Of a stretch of DNA of 64,000 bases, positions 38,388-48,088 are shown piece after piece (the first letter of the stretch is position 1; every line of letters begins with the position of its first letter). The DNA lies in IMG/VR virus record IMGVR_UViG_3300045581_000900, positions 32,001-96,000 of that record; one strand, written 5' to 3'. Made by a program: the position numbers and the translations under genes. The notes beneath the pieces are model-generated. The model made no database searches. It was given only the letters and a program-made list of their open reading frames with translations, and was not told the origin of the DNA. This DNA is from a virus.

Positions 38388-38620
38388 AGGTGTGTACCGC
38401 AAGCCCCCGCGATCCCCTATCCGCGGGCCCGACCCTGACCGAAATCAGGGCTTCACGACGACTTTCGAGGGCAAGAAATTTGCCCCGTGTGGCATTCGCC
38501 GTACCCCCAATCGTGTTCACGACTAAACCTGACCACGAAACCGTGTTGCCGCATTTACATCCCTGTAGCAGCAGCAACCCTAACCAGCCGACCACCACGG
38601 CTAACTCACGGTACACACCT
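38388..38620 (-). ncRNA. Candidate structured RNA (~233 nt, multibranched)
   Basis: Closed by perfect 12-bp AGGTGTGTACCG/CGGTACACACCT; at least six internal hairpins incl. CCCTGAT-TTCG-GTCAGGG. Confidence 0.55.
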
Positions 38621-38702
38621 AATTGTACAAAACGGGGGGTGCGTAAATACACAACCCTGTTTTGCCTGCACGAATTTTCAACGAGCGATGCCCGCGGGCT
38701 AC

Positions 38703-39158
38703 TCAGATATAACGGGCTGGCTCGTTGCTGCATAGGCCCGCTGGTTCGAAATTCTCCAGCCAGCCGGGTTCGGCAAGCTCGGGGTACGCGGCGATCGAGC
38801 GGTCGACCAGAGCGTGCGGGGGCAGTGTCCAGATAAACTGCGAACTTGTTAACGACATAAAGTCGAGGCTGACCAGAAAACAGTGGGCGTTAATGTTACA
38901 CAGGGCGTCCATCGTCTCGGGGTCCGACGCCCGGCACCACACCCGGTGCTTTGATAACAATGCCGGCGGGGCCACATGAAAGCCGGACTCGTTCGGCAGG
39001 ATGAAGCCGCCGTTGCGAAAGCACACGTCGACGCACACGTGCCAGCCTTCTTTTAACGCCTGTTGAATATGCGGCAGCGTGTTCTCTTTCTCCGGCTGCC
39101 GACCCCGAATGTTGCCCAGATGTGAAATGATAATGCCGCTAAACTTTTGTCGATTCAT
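38703..39158 (-). CDS. Glycerophosphodiester phosphodiesterase-like protein (degenerate)
   Basis: IISHLGN...ENT...ALKEGWHVCVDV resembles the HRG/ENT/ExD motifs; start uncertain (39158 or 39248). Confidence 0.55.
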   Translation of the reverse strand: MNRQKFSGIIISHLGNIRGRQPEKENTLPHIQQALKEGWHVCVDVCFRNGGFILPNESGFHVAPPALLSKHRVWCRASDPETMDALCNINAHCFLVSLDFMSLTSSQFIWTLPPHALVDRSIAAYPELAEPGWLENFEPAGLCSNEPARYI

Positions 39159-39269
39159 GATGACATCCTTGTCGCTGGGCTGCAGAGTGCGAGCCGTCAA
39201 ATAGATAGAGGACCGCCCATCGTAGCGAACCACGATGGGCGTGTCCATGCTTCGGCGAGAGTCCGCGGA

Positions 39270-40304
39270 TCAGAGCACTTTCGCCGCGATCAGACACCCG
39301 CGGGCGACGGCATGCAGCGGATCGTTGGCGTGCCGCACTTCTTTGACCGGCAGCGGAAACTCGTTCTCTTCGAGCTTCTTGGCAAACAAGTCGACGAAGC
39401 CTTTGGCCTGACTCGTGCCGCCGGCGATCACGACCGGCAGCGGGTTCTTGAACTTGGGCAGGAGCTTGTGCCCCTTCATCGCCGCGGCCAGATTCTTGGT
39501 GGTGTAGTCGATGAGCCGTTCGTAGTAGGAACTCACCGCGGCTAAGACAACATTATCGTTCGGCTGGCCGATCGTGAACTCACCGTTCTCTTTCTCGGCC
39601 TGCACAACGCTGTCCGGCTCGCCCACGGCAATGGCACTCATGCGGTCAATCCAGTCGCCCGATTTTGTCGTCGAAAACATGACGGTCGGCTCGCCGTTGA
39701 GCATGACGCAGCAGTTCACCATGCCCGCTCCGCACGACAACGCCACGCCGGTGTATTCGTCACCCTCCAGTTCCGAGTAGCACAGGGCCTCGGCCTCGTT
39801 GATCGCCCGGGCGTTGTAGCCGCACGAGGCCAGCACGGTCTTGACGACGTCTTCGTGGTAGCCGACGTCGAACTCGTCGTCCTCTTGGTCGACAGGCTGG
39901 GCGGGCACGCAGAACACCAGCTTCTCGTCCTGCTCGACTGCCTTGCCGCAAACCTGCTTGAGGATGTACGCCAAGACACGCTTGGCTTCTTTCTCTTTCG
40001 AACTCACGACGCCGCGGTACATGGGCCGCTTGGCCGACTCGTTCCGCTCGATAGCTTTCTCGATGGCGTCTTGGCCCAGAATGATGAACGTGCCGTCGGT
40101 ATCTTTGACGAAGACTTTGCCCTGCAGTCCCTTCTCAATCATCTTCGTCGCCACCGGAGTCGTGGGCTTGATACAGTAGAACGCGTCGCGGAATTCTTTG
40201 TAAGTCGTGTATTCCGTCTTGTCGTCGCTGGTAAAGCTGACGGGGCCTTCGGTGTCACTGGCCAGCACGATATACGAGGTTCCGACGTCGAGTCCTTTTG
40301 CCAT
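39270..40304 (-). CDS. Actin-like ATPase (MreB/ParM/MamK superfamily)
   Basis: GLDVGTS (phosphate 1), VFCVPA, INEAEA (connect 1), SCGAGMVN (phosphate 2), IAGGTS (adenosine), DPLHAVARG (connect 2). Confidence 0.85.
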   Translation of the reverse strand: MAKGLDVGTSYIVLASDTEGPVSFTSDDKTEYTTYKEFRDAFYCIKPTTPVATKMIEKGLQGKVFVKDTDGTFIILGQDAIEKAIERNESAKRPMYRGVVSSKEKEAKRVLAYILKQVCGKAVEQDEKLVFCVPAQPVDQEDDEFDVGYHEDVVKTVLASCGYNARAINEAEALCYSELEGDEYTGVALSCGAGMVNCCVMLNGEPTVMFSTTKSGDWIDRMSAIAVGEPDSVVQAEKENGEFTIGQPNDNVVLAAVSSYYERLIDYTTKNLAAAMKGHKLLPKFKNPLPVVIAGGTSQAKGFVDLFAKKLEENEFPLPVKEVRHANDPLHAVARGCLIAAKVL

Positions 40305-40306
40305 GA

Positions 40307-40669
40307 TTACTTTCCTTTCAGTTGTGCTAGTTTCGACACCGACGCGTTGATCGTGTCTTCCTGAGCCGTGGTCCGGCCCAGTTCAACGTCCGAGCCCTTC
40401 TGGATCGTGTCGGTGTCGATTTTAGTTACGACTGTACGCGTATCAATATCAATTTTGCCGAGTTTTTCCTTTGTGGCGGAAACTTTTGCGGCTTTCTTTT
40501 CCTGTTCAAAGAAGCTGGTCGGCGATTGGACGCGGCTCTCCATGATTAAACTTGGGCCGCCGTCGATGCCGTGGATTTTGCGGAGCACGGTATAGAGAAA
40601 GTCCATGCGGGCAAAGAAATAGCCCAGCAGGAAACCGCCCAGAAAGCCGAGTGTTACATACGCTGCCAT
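40307..40669 (-). CDS. Membrane-anchored protein upstream of the actin-like gene
   Basis: N-terminal TM; C-terminal SVSKLAQLKGK; 2 nt from the actin start. Confidence 0.7.
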   Translation of the reverse strand: MAAYVTLGFLGGFLLGYFFARMDFLYTVLRKIHGIDGGPSLIMESRVQSPTSFFEQEKKAAKVSATKEKLGKIDIDTRTVVTKIDTDTIQKGSDVELGRTTAQEDTINASVSKLAQLKGK

Positions 40670-40679
40670 AGTCGCCTGA

Positions 40680-40931
40680 TTATACAGCAGCGTCCCCTTT
40701 ATACTCGTCCATTACGTCAAAACCGGCCCGCACGTCAAAAATACTCGGGGCGTGCTGGGCCGCTTCGTGCAGGTCCCACAATTGCGGATAGTGCTTTAAC
40801 AGCCGGCGGGCTTCGGCTCTGACGGCGGCCGGAATCTTCTTAAAACCACTCCCGGACGGGCTGGCCAGCTTGATTAAAAACTTGGCCGTGGCCATCACCG
40901 CTCGGGAGCGTTCGTACGGGAGCGTCATCAC
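40680..40931 (-). CDS. Small conserved phage protein (BPSL0761-like)
   Basis: [11 protein letters not shown]...VRAEARRLLKHYP; family name recalled, not searched. Confidence 0.6.
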   Translation of the reverse strand: MMTLPYERSRAVMATAKFLIKLASPSGSGFKKIPAAVRAEARRLLKHYPQLWDLHEAAQHAPSIFDVRAGFDVMDEYKGDAAV

Positions 40932-41257
40932 GCCGTCGCCTTATTCTTGCTGTTCTTGTGCGTGTCGTACTCTTCCTTGACGCACCAGTTCCACATGTGC
41001 GGCGGCTGCTTCGGCCACGCCGGAAATGGCGACGGGGCTGGGGTCCACGGGTTTTGAATATTCTTTTGCGGCGGCTGTTTCTCGTGGGCGTCCTTCACGA
41101 CCTGAATCGCGGCCTCGGCCATGTCGAGCCGGGCGACCAGCACCAGAAGCTGGTCTTCAAGTTCGCTGATCCGGGCGTGCAGCGACGGTGTCTTGGGCTT
41201 GGCCGGCTTTTTAATACTTTTCACGGGCTTCTTGTTATTCACAATCTTCTTTTTCAT
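40928..41257 (-). CDS. Hypothetical protein
   Basis: Start MKKKIV at 41257, ATGA overlaps. Confidence 0.55.
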   Translation of the reverse strand: MKKKIVNNKKPVKSIKKPAKPKTPSLHARISELEDQLLVLVARLDMAEAAIQVVKDAHEKQPPQKNIQNPWTPAPSPFPAWPKQPPHMWNWCVKEEYDTHKNSKNKATA

Positions 41258-41664
41258 GGCATCCATACCTTCAGTGGGTCGACGGCTCCTTTGCCGAAGA
41301 CGGGGAGAGTTTCGCACACCGGGAACATATCTTCAAGGCGTTTAAAGACGCTTTTGTCGGCGGCTCCAATTCCCTCGGGCATGTCGTCGATCCAGATGTC
41401 GATCGTGTAGCCCAGAGCCAGCGTCCGGTCTCGCTTTGGCGAGTGATTGCAGAACACGACGTCGGACAGAAGCTTGAACGTGCTTTCGCCAAACACGGCG
41501 GCCATTTCCAGCCGGCTATAGGCACTCTCGGTTCGGCCCGTGACACAGAGAACCTTGTGCCCCCGCTTCACCGCGTGCTTGATAAAAAACCGCCAGAATT
41601 CGACGTCGCTGGTGAACGTGCGGTCGAAGTCGATGGCAATCGTCGTCGCCCGATACGGCGTCAT
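41254..41664 (-). CDS. HAD-superfamily phosphatase
   Basis: [17 protein letters not shown] motifs I-IV. Confidence 0.8.
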   Translation of the reverse strand: MTPYRATTIAIDFDRTFTSDVEFWRFFIKHAVKRGHKVLCVTGRTESAYSRLEMAAVFGESTFKLLSDVVFCNHSPKRDRTLALGYTIDIWIDDMPEGIGAADKSVFKRLEDMFPVCETLPVFGKGAVDPLKVWMP

Positions 41665-41876
41665 GTAATCTGGCCGTCCTCGATCATGGCCTCAAAAATA
41701 TCAAAAGCCTTCTTACTGCGAATCTGATGAAGTTGCTGCAGCCCCAGCAGAGCATTGGTCAACTCATCCGTGTCCAGTTCGCCCTCCATGACGGCGTCGG
41801 CCAACAGCCCGATATCGTCAGCGGTGTTCCACGCGTTCATAATCGCCGTCTCTAGCCCAAAACGATCGTCAGCCAT
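41661..41876 (-). CDS. Small acidic hypothetical protein
   Basis: Start MADDRF at 41876 with AAGGAGG RBS. Confidence 0.65.
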   Translation of the reverse strand: MADDRFGLETAIMNAWNTADDIGLLADAVMEGELDTDELTNALLGLQQLHQIRSKKAFDIFEAMIEDGQIT

Positions 41877-42147
41877 AATCAGCCTCCTTACTTCTTTTTC
41901 TTCTTGAGCTTCTTCTCTAACTGCCGAATGTATCTCGCTTGGTCGTGGCACTGCTTGGACAGCGTCTTGACCTTCTTCTTCGTCCACTTGTCCCAGAATG
42001 CCATGTGCGTTTCTACTTCTTTAACCGCTGTCCTTTTCGATGCCGCCCGGAAGCCGGAAGGCGTACCAGTCTGTAGGAAAAATGGACGATATTTCCTACA
42101 GACGCCGCAGTCCCGTGAATGAAATCGCGGTGTTTTTACTCCCTCAA

Positions 42148-42220
42148 CTGCCCGGGTAGGACTCGAACCTACAACCCCAGCATTAACAGTGCCGTGCTCT
42201 GCCAGTTGAGCTACCGGGCA
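42148..42220 (-). tRNA. trnN: tRNA-Asn(GTT), CCA not encoded
   Basis: TGCCCGG acceptor; AGCTCAACTGGCAGAGC D-arm; CGGCA-CTGTTAA-TGCTG anticodon arm; GTAGG-TTCGAGT-CCTAC T-arm. Confidence 0.95.
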
Positions 42221-42376
42221 TTCTTTTGTTTCACCGCTCGTGTGTTTCTATTGCATCGCTGATCTATGCGATCCGTGATCGTCGAGCACAGCACGTGCAG
42301 TACCCAGAAAACGACTACCGCCCAGAACAACGCGTAAAACGCCGCGAACAGAAAAAAGGGGCTAACAACATACACG

Positions 42377-42982
42377 TTACCGCCCCCAACTGTCGCCAGC
42401 AGCGGCATGGGCACTGCGGTACTGCAGGGCCAGCGTGTCAGCCAGAATCCGCCGCATCTTCTCGGCGTCCTCGTAGCTGTCCTGAAGCTGGTCTTCAAAG
42501 AACAGCGTGAGGTACGGAGCCACTGTCGGATGGGCGGACGACAGCCGCTCCAGTTGCGTCAGCCGGCACGCGTAGTTCTTAACAACTTCTTCCTCTAGCT
42601 GAACTGCGTGCCAGAGGGCGTCTTCGACCTTGGTGAATACCGGAAACGACTTGCCCGACTGGTTGGGAAGGGCAAAGTTCAGGCCCAGAAGCCGGTCCAA
42701 GAACTGCTGCACGTGCTCCAGTTCACTCTTGGCGGCATTCGTAAAGAACTCTTTGTACTCTTCCGCGTGCAAACCCGTGATATGGCTAGCGTGATAGAGA
42801 TAAAACTGGAGGTGCGTCCACTCGTTCTGCAGGTCGTCGTTCATCAACTGCAGAAACTGCGGCAGCGTGATCACCGGGTCAACAGGTGTAAACACCATCT
42901 CGACCGGGGAGCCCTGACCACCGCGGCAGCAACTCGAACTACCCGTCGGGCCAATCGGACCGGTTTCGCCTGTATGCGACAT
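42377..42982 (-). CDS. Ferritin/bacterioferritin-like protein
   Basis: NDDLQNE...Y..HA, ELEH, LEEEVVKNY four-helix diiron pattern; start 42982. Confidence 0.75.
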   Translation of the reverse strand: MSHTGETGPIGPTGSSSCCRGGQGSPVEMVFTPVDPVITLPQFLQLMNDDLQNEWTHLQFYLYHASHITGLHAEEYKEFFTNAAKSELEHVQQFLDRLLGLNFALPNQSGKSFPVFTKVEDALWHAVQLEEEVVKNYACRLTQLERLSSAHPTVAPYLTLFFEDQLQDSYEDAEKMRRILADTLALQYRSAHAAAGDSWGR

Positions 42983-42987
42983 TATCT

Positions 42988-43003
42988 TTCTCCTCCATGA
43001 GAA
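42988..43003 (-). promoter_or_regulatory. RBS hairpin with AUGGAG hexaloop
   Basis: TTCTC-ATGGAG-GAGAA. Confidence 0.6.
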
Positions 43004-43054
43004 TTGCGGGCAGTGCGTATTTGTACGGCAGGGGCTAACCACCGTCAATGGGAA

Positions 43055-43966
43055 TTAGACCCGGGCTTTGATAGCTAAATTAAAGCTGTCCCGCCACAAC
43101 GGGGCCACGATGGACCAGTCAAAGAACCGACTGAGCTTCACCGCCGCGTCCGACATGGACTGATAGAGTTCCGGCTCGGACCGTAAACGCTGCAGCCACG
43201 TGACGGCTTCGGCGACAAACGCCTCTTCCTCCAGCGGCAGCACGATCCCGCCACCAGCACCGGCAATCACAGGAAACAGCCCCACCGGCGTACCCAAGGT
43301 CGGCACACCCGACGCCGCCGCCTCGATAGCCGTATACGGGTTGCCCTCGGTGGTCGAGCAGAAGATCACCACGTCCACATTGCGATACAGCCGGTCGGCG
43401 GCGAGAAAATGAAAGTTCTCGCGGTTGTAAAACTCCAGTCCTGCCTGCTCGGCTACCCGTTGGGCCAGATAGCCACGTTTCAGGTCAGGCTTGCCGTCGT
43501 CGCTGCGGTGCATGCGGGCAAAGTAGCCCAGCCGCGTAACTGACTGGCTTCTGGGCCGGATGTAGTTGGCTGTTGTCACGCCCACCGGCAGGATCGTCGG
43601 GGCACGCGGTACGCCAACTCGTTCTGCGGCGTCCTGAATCGCCGACGAGACCGCGGCAAAGCCGGCTAATTTGTCAAAATACTCCGGCGGAAACCGGCGG
43701 AGAGCGTCTTCGAGATCGAACTCGCTGTGGGCGTGGGCGAAGCACTTCTCCAGCGGCCAGCCGTAAATATCGTGCAGAAAGAAACAGCCCACCGGCGTCG
43801 AGTAATACAGGTCGTACTTGTCGCGGAGCATGGCTGCTTCTTCGGCGAGGTACAGCCGCGTCCAGCACAGCACGTCACCGTCGACTTCGGGATGCAAGAA
43901 CTTGATCAGTTCATTGCATATTTTCCCGAACACCCAGTTGTTCTCTAGAAAATAGAGGATTCGCAT
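43055..43966 (-). CDS. GT-B (family 4-like) glycosyltransferase
   Basis: MRILYF start; KRG; STTEGNPYTAIEAAASGVP. Confidence 0.85.
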   Translation of the reverse strand: MRILYFLENNWVFGKICNELIKFLHPEVDGDVLCWTRLYLAEEAAMLRDKYDLYYSTPVGCFFLHDIYGWPLEKCFAHAHSEFDLEDALRRFPPEYFDKLAGFAAVSSAIQDAAERVGVPRAPTILPVGVTTANYIRPRSQSVTRLGYFARMHRSDDGKPDLKRGYLAQRVAEQAGLEFYNRENFHFLAADRLYRNVDVVIFCSTTEGNPYTAIEAAASGVPTLGTPVGLFPVIAGAGGGIVLPLEEEAFVAEAVTWLQRLRSEPELYQSMSDAAVKLSRFFDWSIVAPLWRDSFNLAIKARV

Positions 43967-44021
43967 GCCGGCGTTATACCCGCCCGGCCAAAAGAAGTAA
44001 ACGGGTTTTACCGCCCGTCGA

Positions 44022-44678
44022 TTAAAACGGATAAACCCCGTAGGCGTTGGTGAGCATGCTGGCGGCGAACTCCTCGTACGACTTGCCGAGCGGGAGATGC
44101 AGCGAACCGTCGTCATCCACCGTCAGAAACTTCACATATTCCGGCCTTTGCTTAAACGCCGTGAGTACCGCCAACTCCCGAGCCCGCCAGCCGAGCGACG
44201 GGTCGTGCCGGGCCTCGAACATCTTCTGGAGAATTCCGGCGAACCATGCGTCGCCCGTGTCGATCTCGCGTAACTGCCGGGTCGCCTCGGCCACGGCTTG
44301 GTTGAACAAGTAGTCGGGCTTGCCGGTCTCCAAATACTGCTGCTTTAATCGGTTGAGCAGAGCATGCACCTCGCTGGCCGTGGCCGGTGCTCCGGGCAGG
44401 CCCATGACCAGCGTGACCAAGAGCCAATTGGGCGTCGTGAAGAGTATCTCGCCGGGTTTGCGGGCGGCGTCGAGGGCTTTCTTGCCAGCACGCCAGCCGG
44501 AGCGATTCCCCTCCGCATCAAGGGTGTCCATGTACGCCTGAATCGTCTTGGCCACCTCGGCGGTCGTGTCGGTGGTCAACTCGGTGATCGTCGGAAGCTC
44601 GGCCAGTTTAAACAGCTTGACAACCCGCACGAACAGGCGGCCAAGCAGGGCACGCATCCCGTCGGGCAGCTTGTTCAC
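44022..44678 (-). CDS. Hypothetical protein
   Basis: Likely GTG start overlapping the upstream stop. Confidence 0.55.
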   Translation of the reverse strand: MNKLPDGMRALLGRLFVRVVKLFKLAELPTITELTTDTTAEVAKTIQAYMDTLDAEGNRSGWRAGKKALDAARKPGEILFTTPNWLLVTLVMGLPGAPATASEVHALLNRLKQQYLETGKPDYLFNQAVAEATRQLREIDTGDAWFAGILQKMFEARHDPSLGWRARELAVLTAFKQRPEYVKFLTVDDDGSLHLPLGKSYEEFAASMLTNAYGVYPF

Positions 44679-46534
44679 TTGTCTGACTTCTTCTTCTTGT
44701 CTGTCTTCTTCTTGCCACTGCCCACAGGCCGGCACGAGTCGTTGCTGTACGGCTTCTTACCCGGGACTGGTTCATACCCGGCCCAGCAGCGGGCACTCTT
44801 CATGCACATGACGACGATGGTCTTCTTCGCCGCGGGCTTGGCTTGATTCCGTAGATTCAGTTCGTGCTCCCGGCGGGCTGAGTCCACGCGGTACGGTGCC
44901 CCCTTGGCTTTTTCAGCTTTCAGGTCGCTAAGTTCCTTGGCGTCCATGTCGTTGAACGCCCACTTCTCAACGAGTTTATTGATGTTCATGTCTGAGCTAC
45001 CTTTTACTGTGCCCGGCTGGGCTTGTGCGATCTGCTGCTGCTGGTTATTACCCCAATTCCACGGCATTCTTGAGTTGCCGATTGTGTAGTCATATGCTCC
45101 CTGAGCCGCGGACTGAGCCGCGTTGTACGCTTTTTGCGGAAGGATTTCAGTGGCGAACGTGGAAACCGGGTCGTCTACATACCGTTGCCCCTGCTGCTGC
45201 ATCTGAGAAAGTTCGCTCTTCGGGTCGTTCAAGTGCCCGTGCAGCATGGCGGCGTTTTGAGCGGCACGAACCGCCTGCTCGTCCGTCATGTTGGTGTCTG
45301 AAAGATTTTGCAGCATTCGCGGCCGCATGCCCTCGGGCAAACGCATCAGCGTGGCCAGTTGCTGCTTCTGCTGCTCGGCTTTGGCCAATTGCTCTTTTAT
45401 TGCCGCGGGCGAAAAACCGCCGCTACCTTTGGCTTTAATCGCAGCAATCGGGTCGTCGGCGGTGAGCATTGAGAGGTCTTGCTTGCCCTCAGGAATCATG
45501 CCCAGAAACGAGCCCATGTTGTACGCGGCATCCGCGGTCATGTTCTGAGCCCCTTGGCCGAACATGCCGCCCGCGGCTCCGCCCAACACACCGGCACCCA
45601 AGCCCAGAGCCCCCATAATGCCCATGCCCATGCCGCCGCCGCCGAACAATGACGACATAATGCCGATTAAGCCCATTGGCAGACCGATGCCGACCATCGC
45701 CTGCAGCGGGAGCGGCATGTTTTGAAACGTGCTCATCGCGTTGTTCACCATCTCGCCGTAGCCCTGTGGCGTCGAGGCTTTCTCGGGATCAGCCTGCACC
45801 TGCTGCTGGATGTGGGCGTCTATGGCTGCTTTAAACTTGGCCTGATATGCCTGTGCCTGCGGCGTGTTCTTGCCCGCTTGGGCGTCTCGGAATCCCTGCA
45901 CTAACTCGGGGTTCTGCTGCAGATGGTCGGTGACGAACTTCTCGGCGAACTGTTTCCGTTCCGCCTCCGGGATATTACTGTCATTCAGCTTGCTTTCGAT
46001 CTCTGAAAACGCGACAGGCGTCACTTCAGGAGCCGGGCCTGATGTCTCCACCGGCTTGCCCTGTGTATCCGTCATCGTGCCCTGCATGTTCGACACGATC
46101 GGCTGCGGCTGGGTGTTGCCGGCCATCTGCGGTTCAGTCGGAGCAGGAGGGGCCACCGGCTGTGCTGGCTGGGCTAACGATGCTGGGCCCGGCGTCGACA
46201 CCATAGGCGTCGTGGGGTTTATCGGAGCTTGCGGGGGAGCAGGAGCAGGCGGTGGCGGGGCGACGGGTGGCGTTGCTCCCATCAGGCTGTCCATGCCCGC
46301 CCGGCCGAAGTCTTTCCGCTGTTGAAACGTCGCCGGGAACAGCGGCTTCGCGAGTGGTGCCGGCGGCTTCGCCAGTGATGGCGACGGACCAGCCCCGAGC
46401 GACTGTGTCGGTGACGCCGTGGTAGTGGACGCACTGATACCGCCCGACGCGTTCGACGTCGTTAAACTAGGCTGGGACGCACCGATTGCGGCGTACTTGT
46501 GCATCACGCCGCGAATAAGCTGGGCCGTCGTCAT
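44675..46534 (-). CDS. Pro-rich/Gly-zipper virion cargo-like polyprotein with C-terminal CWxGY module
   Basis: HKYAA leader; Gly zipper; EKWA; KSA-RCWAGYEPVPGKKPYSNDSCRP. Confidence 0.65.
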   Translation of the reverse strand: MTTAQLIRGVMHKYAAIGASQPSLTTSNASGGISASTTTASPTQSLGAGPSPSLAKPPAPLAKPLFPATFQQRKDFGRAGMDSLMGATPPVAPPPPAPAPPQAPINPTTPMVSTPGPASLAQPAQPVAPPAPTEPQMAGNTQPQPIVSNMQGTMTDTQGKPVETSGPAPEVTPVAFSEIESKLNDSNIPEAERKQFAEKFVTDHLQQNPELVQGFRDAQAGKNTPQAQAYQAKFKAAIDAHIQQQVQADPEKASTPQGYGEMVNNAMSTFQNMPLPLQAMVGIGLPMGLIGIMSSLFGGGGMGMGIMGALGLGAGVLGGAAGGMFGQGAQNMTADAAYNMGSFLGMIPEGKQDLSMLTADDPIAAIKAKGSGGFSPAAIKEQLAKAEQQKQQLATLMRLPEGMRPRMLQNLSDTNMTDEQAVRAAQNAAMLHGHLNDPKSELSQMQQQGQRYVDDPVSTFATEILPQKAYNAAQSAAQGAYDYTIGNSRMPWNWGNNQQQQIAQAQPGTVKGSSDMNINKLVEKWAFNDMDAKELSDLKAEKAKGAPYRVDSARREHELNLRNQAKPAAKKTIVVMCMKSARCWAGYEPVPGKKPYSNDSCRPVGSGKKKTDKKKKSDK

Positions 46535-46536
46535 CG

Positions 46537-46725
46537 TCAGGCCTTCTTGTTGTGTTTATTCGCCGGGTCACCGTGCACATCACGATACGTCTTGCCATCA
46601 TGCGGGGCTCGCACGGTCGGCGTGACATCGCGGCTGGCGGCTTTCGTTTCCCACTCGATCTGCCGCACGCCGGTCAGGTCAATGGGAAGATTCTTGGGGT
46701 TCTTGAGATTGCGAAAGTGTTGCAT
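46537..46725 (-). CDS. Small hypothetical protein
   Basis: 62 aa, AAGGA RBS, fills operon gap. Confidence 0.5.
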   Translation of the reverse strand: MQHFRNLKNPKNLPIDLTGVRQIEWETKAASRDVTPTVRAPHDGKTYRDVHGDPANKHNKKA

Positions 46726-46736
46726 GCGAGATTCCT

Positions 46737-47132
46737 TTAACGAGCGAAGCCGCCCGGTTGACCGTCTAAAAATGTCTTGGTCTGCGTGTTGAACTTCCGG
46801 CCGTTGTCCGTCGTGATGATGTGCGGCGGGTCCTGCTGGCCCGTAGCATTGTTAAACGCAGTCGAGGTCGCCGAGAGCGGAGCGGACACAGGACCGGCAC
46901 CCGTTTGATTCGCCATCGCCGACGAACCCGGAAGCATGCCCATCGCCCGCTGGAACAGCGACGGCGAGGTCGACGCCGCAGGGGCAGGGGCCGGTGCTGG
47001 GGCTGGGGCGGGAGTCGGCGTGGGTCGCGGCAGCTTAGGAGGCGTCGCCGGCGTGGCGAGCGTTTTCATCATGCTGCCGCTCCGTGGCGTGACAGCCGCA
47101 AGTTGATTTCCAAATTGAAACGCAGACGGCAT
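46737..47132 (-). CDS. Pro-rich protein with SAFQFG N-terminal tag
   Basis: MPSAFQFGNQLA. Confidence 0.6.
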   Translation of the reverse strand: MPSAFQFGNQLAAVTPRSGSMMKTLATPATPPKLPRPTPTPAPAPAPAPAPAASTSPSLFQRAMGMLPGSSAMANQTGAGPVSAPLSATSTAFNNATGQQDPPHIITTDNGRKFNTQTKTFLDGQPGGFAR

Positions 47133-47147
47133 GGTTGAGTCCTTTAC

Positions 47148-47450
47148 TTAAAAAGCTTCTGTGTCCGAGTCAGTGTATTTAAGTGAACGATTGGTAACTG
47201 AGAGTTCCGTTTTGTGACACCGCCCGCCCTCGCAGCAGGTTTCGTTAATCGTGCCGCAGCGGGTGCACACCAGCTTGCCTCGAATATCCATTAACTCACC
47301 GCGACAGATATGGCATTGCGTTGCTGTGGACATTATTGTAGCAAACTCCGTACTGCCCCGAACGTGCCGCGGTAAATAAGGGCAGTTTACACATCCGTTG
47401 CCGCAGCATCGCCCGTGCTGGAGTAACGTCTCCCGGGACAGCGGTTTCAC
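47148..47450 (-). CDS. Cys-rich protein (CCGNGCxNCPY plus Zn ribbon)
   Basis: Resembles DUF5522-type motif (recalled); may be two small genes in one frame. Confidence 0.5.
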   Translation of the reverse strand: MKPLSRETLLQHGRCCGNGCVNCPYLPRHVRGSTEFATIMSTATQCHICRGELMDIRGKLVCTRCGTINETCCEGGRCHKTELSVTNRSLKYTDSDTEAF

Positions 47451-47794
47451 ATGTGGGCGTGGGTGAACCGGGCTTCATATGCGGCGTAAATCTCCGCATA
47501 GGCCACGCCCCACGCGGCGTCATGGGCCAGTTTATTAAACGCCTCGTCGTCGATGGCGTTGTCGAGGCGGTGGTTCCACGCCCGGGCATGGGCCCACTCG
47601 TGGATCAACACGTCCATCGAACGGCTTTCATCCAGACTCTTGTCGATCTGGATGTGGAACTTCTTACCCTGCTTCCAACAGCGGCCGTCGAGTTTTGTCA
47701 GCTTAACCCGCCGCACGCTGACCGGAAATGCCGCGGGGCACTCCGTTTTCAGCATCTTGAGGAGAGACTGGTACTGTCGAAAGCGGGTCGCCAT
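47447..47794 (-). CDS. Small HExxH zincin-like protein
   Basis: LIHEWAH...AHDAAWG; start 47794 under TGTC-ACGGAG-GACG hairpin. Confidence 0.7.
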   Translation of the reverse strand: MATRFRQYQSLLKMLKTECPAAFPVSVRRVKLTKLDGRCWKQGKKFHIQIDKSLDESRSMDVLIHEWAHARAWNHRLDNAIDDEAFNKLAHDAAWGVAYAEIYAAYEARFTHAHM

Positions 47795-47998
47795 GGCCGT
47801 CCTCCGTGACATGAAGCAGGCCAGCATCCTGCCGACCAGTCACCGATTGTATCAGGCCCTGAAAGAACTGGCGAACGCTTCTGAGCGAAAGCCGTGCCAC
47901 TGCATCTGCCGCCGCTTTCAAGCCGCTTTCAAAGCTGCACAGGGCGGCCCACGGGCACCCAACCAACAGCGGCGGACACCCCAAAATTCACGAGCAAA

Positions 47999-48067
47999 AC
48001 CCGGTTTCCACCCGGATTTCACGCCCAACCAACAGCCTCGACCCGGTTTCCACCCGGATTTCACGCC
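47999..48067. repeat. 27-bp direct repeat, 42-bp period, intergenic
   Basis: acccggtttccacccggatttcacgcc at 47999 and 48041. Confidence 0.9.
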
Positions 48068-48088
48068 GGCTCGCTTGACAGGCATTGG

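Noticed and set aside
42211-42498. 95-aa ORF overlapping the ferritin-like gene and the tRNA
   Set aside because: Overlaps two better-supported features; at most a short hydrophobic peptide from an internal start
47999-48067. Possible mini-CRISPR array
   Set aside because: Only two repeats, a 15-nt spacer, and no cas genes in the window
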